Source: Bugula neritina (lineage: Eukaryota; Animalia; Bryozoa). From it: a DNA stretch of 64,000 bases. Both the position numbers and the translations under genes were made by a program. Below the pieces are notes generated by a model. The model searched no databases, was not told the DNA's origin, and saw nothing but the letters and a program-made list of their open reading frames with translations. Below, one piece after another: positions 56,201 to 64,000 of the stretch. The stretch lies in contig OZ037766.1 of the NCBI GenBank assembly GCA_964035545.1, positions 31,548,773-31,612,772 on the forward strand, written 5' to 3'. Each line of letters begins with the position of its first letter. The first letter of the stretch is position 1.

Positions 56201-59200
56201 TAAACCACTGTTTCTTAGTTCTTCAATCATGCCTATTCACACTCTACACAAATTCAAATTAATACTGCTCTCACATAAACTTTACTATTCTCAACTAACA
56301 CATCTCACACATAACTATCCCACAAGATTTTCAGAGTTCAGCCTACAAACTCCTCCATCATCAACTGCTGCAGGTCAACGAAGAGTGGAATTCCAATGTT
56401 CGTCGCTATGGAATAAATTGCCTAGTTCTATTCGTGCTGTGGAGAGGGAGGCTGGTTTCAAACTTGCCCTGAGAGACCATCTAATGGCAAATTTCCAGAT
56501 AAAAAAATAATACTTTTTTAAGTTGCTAAAACTTCCAAAAACCTAAACAAAAATCTTATATAACTGTCAACCATCCATGGCTCGGTGCCCCGACTAGCTA
56601 CAGTGCTATTGCGCCATAGGCCCTGTCATTTTGTTTATTTTTTCTCAATTAATTTTTTCCCGACTATGACAAAATAAAAACAAACAAACAAACTATACTT
56701 ACTCTAAGTGATAATATACTACACTTACTCTAAGTGATAATATACTACACTTACTCTAAGTGATAATATACTGTACTTACTCTAAGAGATAATATACTAT
56801 ACTTACTCTAAGAGATGATATACTGTACTTACACTAAGAGATAATATACTATACTTACACTAAGAGATAATATACTACACTTACTCTAAGTGATAATATA
56901 CTATACTTACTCTAAGTGATAATATACTATACTTACTGTTCAGATTGTAAGGGACGGCAGGCGCAACATGAGAGTAAAGGTACGACAATTCCGATAGCCT
57001 CGCATTCACTTCAGCATTTTTTTCGTCTCTAAATGTAGCCTCACATGATAGATACTTCAATCCAATGTGGGATAAATGGTGGCCTAGCAAAAATAGGGAA
57101 CAACTTCTGCGTAGGTAAGTTAAGCGACAAAAGATACTCTAGCAGGTAAATCAACGTCGATATGTCCTGTTGAACATCTATAACACTATATTTATAGTGT
57201 TATGTATATGTATACCTACAAACCCGATATACGTATGACATATGATATATCTGTTAACAGAATATCTAATCATATTAGGGTATATTCTCTTATAATTTAT
57301 TAAAATTCCTATCACTTTACTTGCAGAGAAAAGAATAGCAAAGAAAAATATTTAATTGTTTCACTCAACCAACTAAGGAAGACAGGTGCAAATGTATATA
57401 TATATAGAGAGATTCAGGGGCATGAGCTAAAGTCTCCATAGTGAAGTTGTTTGACCTAGGACAGATATATAACAACATAAAATCTGGAAATACCCATATT
57501 CCTTACCATAGAACTTTCTAGAAAACTCAAATGCGTGCTCTCTGTCTATACCATCTTCACTTTTCAAAAAATTGACCACTTTCAAGGAAAACCTGAATTC
57601 AATCAATATGATGCTCATAAATAATGATGTAGCTAATCAAATCTTTGTTACTATGCAACACTTGTAAACACAAAATTGGTCATCGAACATGATAACTTGA
57701 ATCATTGCCCTGAAATAAACAATAAACTAAAAACCATCCATCATATTATTCTAATTATTAGGAATTAGAGTTGTCGGGAAAGCGCATTATTCCAGAACAA
57801 AATGAATTGACCCTTTTAAGAGATCCCCAATATCCCTTTTACAACTAAGAGTTGGGTCCTCCCAAAGTAAATAGGTTGAACCTTTATATAAAGAGCAAAC
57901 TCATTAAAAAATTAAAATTTGACTGCTACTTAAAATTATAATTACGTTATAGAATTGTTAATTCAGGAGATAGATATTTTGGTACAAGCACACTTATTAA
58001 TAGTTCAAAGATTTTTTTAAAATATTTCTTCATGGATAATTTTGACGGAAATAAACTTGAATTCATTCTTGTGATTTCGGTTACCGAGCAATGCTAAAGT
58101 GGCACTTTAGCATTGCTCAGCAACTAAAACCACAAAAATGAGTTCAATTCTATTTTGCTCAACAAATTTCATTCTGGAAGACGACAACTCCTAATTGTAA
58201 GGGGGACTTTGGGAACCTCTGAAAAGAGTCTATTGAACTTAGTTTCACAGATCAGCAACAGGACTAATCAACTTTATACTCGGCATAAATTAATGGTAAG
58301 TTTGAAGACTCTTAAATTAAGTTATGCCAATCCAACAGGAAGTAAGCCATCTATCTTACCTGACTCGAAATTTGTAAATATTTTCCTTTAGTAGGTCCTC
58401 AGGTTTAGGGCAAATAGGATAGACGTAATGGTTCACATCCTCTGAATAAAACATACCAGCATAAGTTTGCTATAGAGCATAGTATAATACTAGCATGTGT
58501 GTGTGTGCTATAAAGCATAGTATAATACTAGCATGAGTGTGCTATAGAGCATAGTATAATACTAGCATGAGTGTGCTATAGAGCATAGTATAATACTAGC
58601 ATGTGTGTGTGTTATAGAGCATAGTATAATACTAGCATGAGTGTGCTATAGAGCATAGTATAATACTAGCATGTGTGTGCTATAGAGCATAGTATAATAC
58701 TAGCATGTGTGTGCTATAGAACATAGTATAATACTAGCATGAGTGTGCTATAGAGCATAGTATAATACTAGCATGTGTGTGTGCTATAGAGCATAGTATA
58801 ATACTAGTCTGAGTGTGCTATAGAGCATAGTATAATACTAGCATGTGTGTGTGTTATAGAGCATAGTATAATACTAGCATGCGTGTGCTATAGAGCATAG
58901 TATAATACTAGCATGTGTGTGCTATAGAACGTAGTATAATACTAGCATGAGTGTGCTATAGAGCATACTATAATACTAGCATGAGTGTGCTATAGAGCAT
59001 AGTATAATACTAGCATGTGTGTGCTATAGAGCATAGTATAATACTAGCATGTGTGTGCTATAGAACATAGTATAATACTAGCATGAGTGTGCTATAGAGC
59101 ATAGTATAATACTAGCATGTGTGTGTGCTATAGAGCATAGTATAATACTAGTCTGAGTGTGCTATAGAGCATAGTATAATACTAGCATGTGTGTGTGTTA

Positions 59201-62200
59201 TAGAGCATAGTATAATACTAGCATGCGTGTGCTATAGAGCATAGTATAATACTAGCATGTGTGTGCTATAGAACGTAGTATAATACTAGCATGAGTGTGC
59301 TATAGAGCATACTATAATACTAGCATGAGTGTGCTATAGAGCATAGTATAATACTAGCATGTGTGTGCTATAGAGCATAGTATAATACTAGCATGTGTGT
59401 GCTATAGAACATAGTATAATACTAGCATGAGTGTGCTATAGAGCATAGTATAATACTAGCATGTGTGTGTGCTATAGAGCATAGTATAATACTAGTCTGA
59501 GTGTGCTATAGAGCATAGTATAATACTAGTCTGAGTGTGCTATAGAGCATAGTATAATACTAGCATGTGTGTGTGTGCTATAGAGCATAGTATAATACTA
59601 GCATGAGTGTGCTATAGAGCATAGTATAATACTAGCATGTGTGTGTGCTATAGAGCATAGTATAATACTAGCATGTGTGTGCTATAGAACGTAGTATAAT
59701 ACTAGCATGAGTGTGCTATAGAGCATACTATAATACTAGCATGAGTGTGCTATAGAGCATAGTATAATACTAGCATGTGTGTGCTATAGAGCATAGTATA
59801 ATACTAGCATGTGTGTGCTATAGAACATAGTATAATACTAGCATGAGTGTGCTATAGAGCATAGTATAATACTAGCATGTGTGTGTGCTATAGAGCATAG
59901 TATAATACTAGTCTGAGTGTGCTATAGAGCATAGTATAATACTAGCATGTGTGTGTGCTATAGAGCATAGTATAATACTAGCATATGTGTGCTATAGAAC
60001 GTAGTATAATACTAGCACGAGTGTGCTATAGAGCATAGTATAATACTAGCATGAGTGTGCTATAGAGCATAGTATAATACTAGCATGTGTGTGTGCTATA
60101 GAGCATAGTATAATACTAGCATATGTGTGCTATAGAACGTAGTATAATACTAGCACGAGTGTGCTATAGAGCATAGTATAATACTAGCATGAGTGTGCTA
60201 TAGAGCATAGTATAATACTAGTCTGAGTGTGCTATAGAGCATAGTATAATACTAGTCTGAGTGTGCTATAGAGCATAGTATAATACTAGCATGTGTGTGT
60301 GCTATAGAGCATAGTATAATACTAGCATGTGTGTGCTATAGAGCATAGTATAATACTAGCATGTGTGTGCTATAGAGCATAGTATAATACTAGCATGAGT
60401 GTGCTATAGAGCATAGTATAATACTAGCATGTGTGTGTGCTATAGAGCATAGTATAATACTAGCATGAGTGTGCTATAGAGCATAGTATAATACTAGCAT
60501 GTGTGTGTGCTATAGAGCATAGTATAATACTAGCATGTGTGTGCTATAGAACGTAGTATAATAGTTACCGTCAGATCCTGGCGCTCGTATCACTGACGTC
60601 ATGCCATTCGCCAGGCAGCCTATCTTTCCCAACTCAACAAATCGTCGATTGTCAAGTAACTTATTGACTTGCTTAAATCTCAGGTACATACTCTCCAGTC
60701 TCCTCTGAAACAGGTTGCCATAGTAACTTACTAACTACAGACTATATTTCAGACTACAAAAATATCTCAGACTACAGAAATATCTCAGACTACAGAAATA
60801 TCTCAGATGTTCGAGCTAGTGATTATGAATTTGTCACTGTACAGCCATCACCTTACTTACCTTCTAAACAGTATTTTGCCGGCGTGAAAACACCTACTCT
60901 ATTGGCTAATATGACTAAGTGAATTACCAATATAAAATTACAGTGTAGAGGGTCATGTGTGTTATAGCGTCCAGTGTTCTGGTCATACTCAAATATATGT
61001 CAAAAAGATAACTTCAATATTAAAAGCACCAGTAATGGTGACACCTGCCAACAGGTCTCCAGTTATGTGTTAGATGACATTAGAGAACAGTTGCTTGTTC
61101 ACTGGTTCAGTTTCTAGTGCAACATAAAAATGTATAAGAAAAACAGTTGTGTCTAATAGAAATGAAAAATGAAAAGAAATAGATCTACCAATAGTAAGTT
61201 GACAGAAAATAGATCATGAACTAACAGTAAGTCGAAGGTAGGTGGATAGTAAATTAATAGTAAGTAGATGGTAGGTAGATAGTGAGTATATAGTAGGTAG
61301 ATAGTAAGTATATAATAAGTAGATAGTAATTAGATAGTAAATACATAGTAAGTTGTAGAATCGCGATGAAGAGGGCAGAGAAATAGCAGGCATACCCCAT
61401 CTGAATTAGGCTCTTCATATTGTCTTATATGAATGTTGCATTCCATGCCTTCAGCGTGGAACATGTAGAAAGGGAGGCTTTTCAGGGGTAGGTGGTGAAA
61501 GTAATGGTGGAAATAACTTATCAGCTTTGGATACTTTACTTCTATCTTCACATAACCCGGAAAAAAGGATGTCACACCTTTTCTGTCAACTTTCTCTACA
61601 AAATTGTTGGTGTAGGTATAATGCCAGGGTCAAGGTTTATTTTGGGTAAATTATTTTTTCAAATTTTACTAATTTCCGTCAAAAAGTTGTTAAACTGATA
61701 AAACAGGAGAAATTATTTATGAAACTTTCAAAATGATAAAACATGATTTTCAGGATAAAAAAAGAATGTTTTTATAGAGATTAAGTAAGTTAGTTATGAA
61801 ACTAAGTAAGCCATATATAAGAGTAAGTTTTTCTGTTAAGTAGGTTATTTGAGGAAACAACTATATTTTGAATTTTGTTAAAATGCATAGATTTGGGATG
61901 AAATATAAAGTAGTATTGAGATAATGAAGATAATTCTAGCATCACATAGTTTCTAGTCTATAAATTTTAAGTTTATCCAGAAGAAGCACAAAAATAGGTT
62001 CAACAAACACTTATTACTGTGAATACATTATGAAGAAATGGATGAACTTGAAGAGTGCTTATATAGCAGTGGTATTGTACTATCACAGCCTGAATGATTA
62101 TAAATACTGAATCATTATGAATATTGAATCACTATGAATACTGAATCCTTATGAATACTGAATCATTATGAGCACTATATTATTATGACCACTGAATCAT

Positions 62201-63323
62201 TATAAATACTGTGACTGAAGTCTGCATTTCACTGTTATGCAGACGTCAGCCAGACTAATCACCTGGACAAGGCAGTACTTCACAGTCTATGATTTCATTC
62301 TCCTCGTCAAAGCACCACGCAGTGTTATTAGGAAGGTGACTCAATATTGATTGAGTCGATCCCAGCACATAGTTGAACAGAGTAAATCTGCAGAACTGAT
62401 TGTGTCGAGCGTATGGATACTCAGGAGTGCTGTGCAGAAGAAATGATTTAATTGTAACATAGAATAAAAAGTAATTATGACTATTATAAAAGATATGTTT
62501 GATGCCTTAAATAGTAACTTAAACACAATGTAAAAAAGAAGGCAAATTTCTCAACTGAACAGAAAAACAAAAATATTTTTCAATACTTTCAAGATGTTAA
62601 ATAGAAGAAGCTTTTATTTTGAAGAATAAGGAATTCAATGATTGCATTAATGAAAATCTGCAACAAGAACATTTCAGAATGAGAACGTAATACTATTTAT
62701 ACGTTTAGTATCCGAACAGACCTGCAAAACCCCTGTTTCTACTTGCTATATAACTGTTTGGAATAAAAACACACAAGCCTATTTTATTAAAGGATCACAA
62801 AATAATACTCACTCTGCCATTGTGCCATTACAACGTTGACCATGGATGCCATGGTTAGCCTTGCCAGTGTACATATTCTCATAGTCCAGATTTAAATAGC
62901 TAAGGCTATCTACACACTCAGTCGCGTCGTCACTTATGGCTCTAATAAAACAATATTTCAGTGAGGACTGAATATGAAATGTAGATGTGTGAGTTCATAT
63001 AGAAAATGCGTATTGAAGTTTCAGGTCAGCTGAAGTGAAAACTGTTCTGGTAGATAACTATGCTTTGAATATTTTGAATATTTCAACTACTACGGCTGCT
63101 AATATTCCTAGTACTAGTGCTACTACTACTAGTACTACTACTGCTAGTGCTACTACTACTACTACTACTATACTACTACTAGAACTGCTATCATTACTAC
63201 TATCCCTACCGCTGCTACTACCATTACTTAATTTTATTAAATAGCCTACTACAGTTAGTAGCATAAAATGCAATTTACTCACAAAATGGCAGGTAGAAAC
63301 ACGAAAAAAGTTACGAAATGCAT
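10256..63323 (-). CDS. Gene A: multi-exon (~76 coding exons) giant type I membrane protein (signal peptide, kringle-like, 2 unassigned modules, 3x TSP1, Ig-like segment, long Cys-rich/EB-like repeat stalk, TM, cytoplasmic tail)
   Basis: Exon chain joined by hand with consistent phases from [13 protein letters not shown]|LAISDD (63323-63283, 62941-) to ...SKDFLAFQ* (10644-10256). Canonical GT-AG throughout except one GC-AG. A few individual boundaries are uncertain. Confidence 0.85.
11902..12097 (-). other. Transmembrane-helix exon of gene A
   Basis: [23 protein letters not shown] followed by the basic stop-transfer TKR; cytoplasmic exons 11461-11538, 11105-11215 and 10256-10644. Confidence 0.85.
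12228..12300 (+). mobile_element. Degenerate tRNA-like/SINE head
   Basis: A-box TAGTATAATGG (12238) and B-box GGTTCAAATCC (12272); spacing too short for an intact cloverleaf. Confidence 0.5.
12453..13048 (-). repeat. 22-bp minisatellite spanning exon end plus donor (exon ends 13032)
   Basis: Minus unit ACTCTG(C/T)TCCTCT|GTAAGTACC, ~27 copies. Confidence 0.95.
14380..14590 (-). repeat. ~38-bp degenerate repeat spanning exon end plus donor (exon ends 14562)
   Basis: CTATTGTTAAAG|GTAAGT recurs ~5 times, decaying with distance from the exon. Confidence 0.85.
14925..15710. repeat. (AGT)n microsatellite
   Basis: Imperfect trinucleotide run; source of the poly-S/V/L/T pseudo-ORFs. Confidence 0.95.
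18115..19170. repeat. 15/13-bp two-variant minisatellite
   Basis: GTAACACACTGTCTG and GTAACACACTGTATA interspersed. Confidence 0.95.
20655..20700 (+). mobile_element. 3' fragment of the same SINE family
   Basis: GGTTCTCACAAGGATAGCGACTATAAACATG matches the SINE tail GGCTCTCACAGGAATAGCGACTATAAACTTG with 4 mismatches in 31. Confidence 0.55.
21381..21510 (-). repeat. ~55-bp triplication spanning the splice acceptor of exon 21280-21389
   Basis: ACTTACAG|TGTGCTAT occurs three times at ~55-bp spacing. Confidence 0.8.
23572..24767 (-). repeat. 29-bp minisatellite spanning exon end plus donor (exon ends 24752)
   Basis: Minus unit TACTACTCCATGTTCT|GTTAGTATATCTC, ~41 copies; the first copy encodes ...TTPCS. 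Confidence 0.95.
26644..27180. repeat. 18-bp minisatellite just upstream of the acceptor of exon 26506-26628
   Basis: GTATAGTAATGTAGAGCT, ~30 copies; each has TATACAG on the minus strand. Confidence 0.95.
27805..28042. repeat. ~44-bp intronic minisatellite
   Basis: GAGTCAGTAATAAAGTGAATGTAATATTCAGACAATGTGAAAT-like unit, ~5 copies. Confidence 0.9.
30083..31003. repeat. (TATAG)n-based composite satellite filling most of an intron
   Basis: TAGTA pentamers punctuated by GCATCA; ~45-bp degenerate repeats near the donor at 31008. Confidence 0.9.
31483..31670. repeat. AAC/AGC-rich degenerate repeat abutting the acceptor at 31481
   Basis: AACAGCAACATCAGT-type units. Confidence 0.85.
34965..35398. 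repeat. 45-bp minisatellite just past the donor at 35419
   Basis: Unit translates [15 protein letters not shown]; ~9.5 copies. Confidence 0.95.
36202..36612 (-). repeat. 19-bp minisatellite = amplified splice acceptor of exon 35983-36201
   Basis: Minus unit ACGTATGTATAT(A/G)TT(A/G)CAG, ~21 copies, ending exactly at the acceptor. Confidence 0.95.
39228..39400. repeat. 16-bp degenerate repeat filling a short intron
   Basis: CTATTT(A/G)CTAGGTACA units. Confidence 0.85.
39865..40248. repeat. ~52-bp intronic minisatellite
   Basis: CTACACACTCTATCTACACATGATACCTACACAATGTATTTACACTTAGTAT, ~7 copies. Confidence 0.9.
41721..42923 (-). other. Two further TSP1 repeat exons of gene A (42755-42923; 41721-41893)
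   Basis: NGAWSEW...[18 protein letters not shown] and [16 protein letters not shown]...RRSRKC. Confidence 0.85.
42133..42517. mobile_element. hAT-type MITE (~385 bp)
   Basis: 8-bp direct repeat ATAGATGA at 42125-42132 and 42518-42525; degenerate TIRs CAATTTTGGGGTCAATT / AATTACCCCAACCCTG; many subterminal CAATTAC motifs. Confidence 0.7.
44010..44370. repeat. (AGT)n microsatellite
   Basis: Trinucleotide run directly after the donor at 44380. Confidence 0.95.
45668..48955. repeat. 3.3-kb purine-rich 25-bp satellite with higher-order duplication
   Basis: GAGAAGGGAAGTAGAGAGAGATAAG; rare variants recur 1420 bp apart (ATAATGAG 46101/47521; TGGAAG 46261/47681). Confidence 0.95.
49680..50010. repeat. 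14/23-bp AT-rich minisatellite
   Basis: TACTCTGAGTATAT(TAATATAT) units. Confidence 0.9.
50322..50500 (-). repeat. 17/21-bp minisatellite = amplified donor (exon ends 50496)
   Basis: Minus unit ATTG|GTAAGTACTTAGT, ~10 copies. Confidence 0.9.
51000..51425. repeat. (CA)n/(CAGA)n compound microsatellite
   Basis: Mixed di- and tetranucleotide run after the donor at 51438. Confidence 0.95.
51439..51547 (-). other. Thrombospondin type-1 (TSP1) repeat exon, gene A
   Basis: [17 protein letters not shown]...RKRTRQC: WxxWxxW, CxxxC and RxRxC motifs. Confidence 0.85.
53705..53985 (-). repeat. 46-bp minisatellite spanning exon end plus donor (exon ends 53955)
   Basis: Minus unit CTAGTGGCTATGACACTCAxxxCTATCAG|GTGAGTAGAGATCATTG, ~6 copies. 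Confidence 0.92.
54602..56936 (-). repeat. 26-bp donor-derived minisatellite, interrupted by the LINE
   Basis: Minus unit GTAAGTATAGTATATTATCACTTAGA starting at the donor of exon 56937-57083; blocks at 56694-56936 and 54602-55258. Confidence 0.95.
55265..56693 (+). mobile_element. 5'-truncated non-LTR retrotransposon (CR1/L2-like LINE): RT domain, 3' UTR and (CAAA)n tail
   Basis: Frame open from ~55265 ([38 protein letters not shown]) to the stop at 56510; AATAAA plus CAAA repeats at 56673-56693; flanked by the 26-bp array. Confidence 0.92.
58057..58147. repeat. Long imperfect palindrome (45-bp arms, 1-nt loop)
   Basis: Perfect core GAGCAATGCTAAAGTG-G-CACTTTAGCATTGCTC; outer arms differ by 7 transitions. 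Confidence 0.85.
58455..60563. repeat. 34-38-bp minisatellite occupying essentially a whole 2.1-kb intron
   Basis: TAGAGCATAGTATAATACTAGCATG(A/T)GTGTGCTA, ~60 copies; variant pattern repeats at 344 bp (GCGTG 58881/59225). Confidence 0.95.
62263..62941 (-). other. Divergent kringle domain of gene A (exons 62813-62941, 62263-62429)
   Basis: Six Cys in kringle spacing: TEC...[14 protein letters not shown]...HNQFCR...AWCF...DCEVLPC; phase-1 intron at the C-terminal end. Confidence 0.7.
63085..63230. repeat. (TAC)n microsatellite
   Basis: Imperfect trinucleotide run in the intron after the signal-peptide exon. Confidence 0.9.
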
Positions 63324-63915
63324 CTTCTACTCCATTTCAAAAACAAACAGTTGAGAAAAAAGATACGAAATAGTTATGGCTTCGATCTGGAAAAGAATGA
63401 ATGCTGTATACAACAATGGGAATCACAATTGTGATATTCATTATTGAACCACTAAGAATTTGAGTTTTTATCTATGGAATGTACACATTATATATTAACT
63501 GAAAATCACCCACAATTATAGAAGAGATAGAAACAAGTGGATGCTTTTGTAAAAAACAAATTGACAATATGTATGACGATAGGTTTAATAATTATTATCA
63601 GCAGTGTTGCTACAATTATGTTTTTGTTCAATATAATAAAATAAAACTAGTTGAATCGTAGTTGAAAGATAATAGAAGATATATACCTTTGAACATACCC
63701 CACCTGAACAGTGTTTAGGAGCAGAGCCAATCTGGTCAGACAACTCTGTCATATTAACTCATCCCACTTCAATAAAATTGATTAACCGAGCTTTTACTGT
63801 ATATCTTAAATTAGGAATAAAATTAGGCTAGATTATTAAATAACTCTATTTTATTTGAACTGAAATACTCCATCATAAAATATTGTGATGCACATTGCAC
63901 AACGCAATTGGAACT

Positions 63916-64000
63916 TTAAAACATAAAATGTTGATCAACAGGTTCCATATCTTCATCAACCAGATGTACTCCCCGCAAGTCACTCACGTCTTCCGGTATT
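63916..64000 (-). CDS. Possible C-terminal end of an upstream minus-strand gene (IPEDVSDLRGVHLVDEDMEPVDQHFMF*)
   Basis: Open frame from the window edge to TAA at 63918-63916, higher GC than flanks, AATAAA about 60 nt downstream (~63850). Only 85 nt visible. Confidence 0.45.
   Translation of the reverse strand, partial: IPEDVSDLRGVHLVDEDMEPVDQHFMF

Noticed and set aside
55398-56510. Domesticated or bacterial-type reverse transcriptase (retron, DGR) associated with the repeats
   Set aside because: Motifs, 5' truncation, 3' UTR and (CAAA)n tail are those of an ordinary non-LTR retrotransposon; no template/variable repeat pair was seen.
60861-61045. Candidate exon with a strong GAAG|GTAAGT donor
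   Set aside because: Neighbouring exons (61396 and 60704) already join in phase 0, there is no counterpart in gene B, and no compatible acceptor and frame were found.
10256-63323. Assigning a known gene symbol (tenascin, fibrillin, SCO-spondin, Kremen etc.)
   Set aside because: Cys spacing is not canonical EGF and the domain order matches none of these.

Overview
AT-rich eukaryotic (invertebrate-type metazoan) genomic DNA; no prokaryotic features. I assembled exons by hand on the minus strand, checking GT/AG sites and phase continuity. Gene A is complete (ATG 63323, stop 10256, about 76 coding exons, roughly 4,000 aa by hand estimate) and encodes a giant single-pass type I membrane protein. 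Its order is: signal peptide, divergent kringle, two unassigned modules ending in 'IGC', TSP1, a Cys-less Ig-like segment, two more TSP1, about 2,700 aa of Cys-rich/EB-like repeats, a TM helix and a Ser/Lys-rich tail. Gene B (ATG 9813) starts about 440 bp past A's stop and is a highly diverged tandem paralog with near exon-for-exon conserved structure; it runs off the window start. A third minus-strand ORF end lies at 63916-64000. The introns are full of unrelated minisatellites, and a striking number are tandem amplifications of the splice donor or acceptor itself. Two of these are stop-free and in frame, so they could give variable-length isoforms. Also present: a 5'-truncated LINE inside a donor array, a tRNA-derived SINE with TSD, a hAT-type MITE with 8-bp TSD, a GC-AG intron and a 3.3-kb AG-free pyrimidine tract. 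Most long ORFs in the supplied track are repeat artefacts. The species cannot be determined from the sequence, and all exon calls need transcript confirmation.
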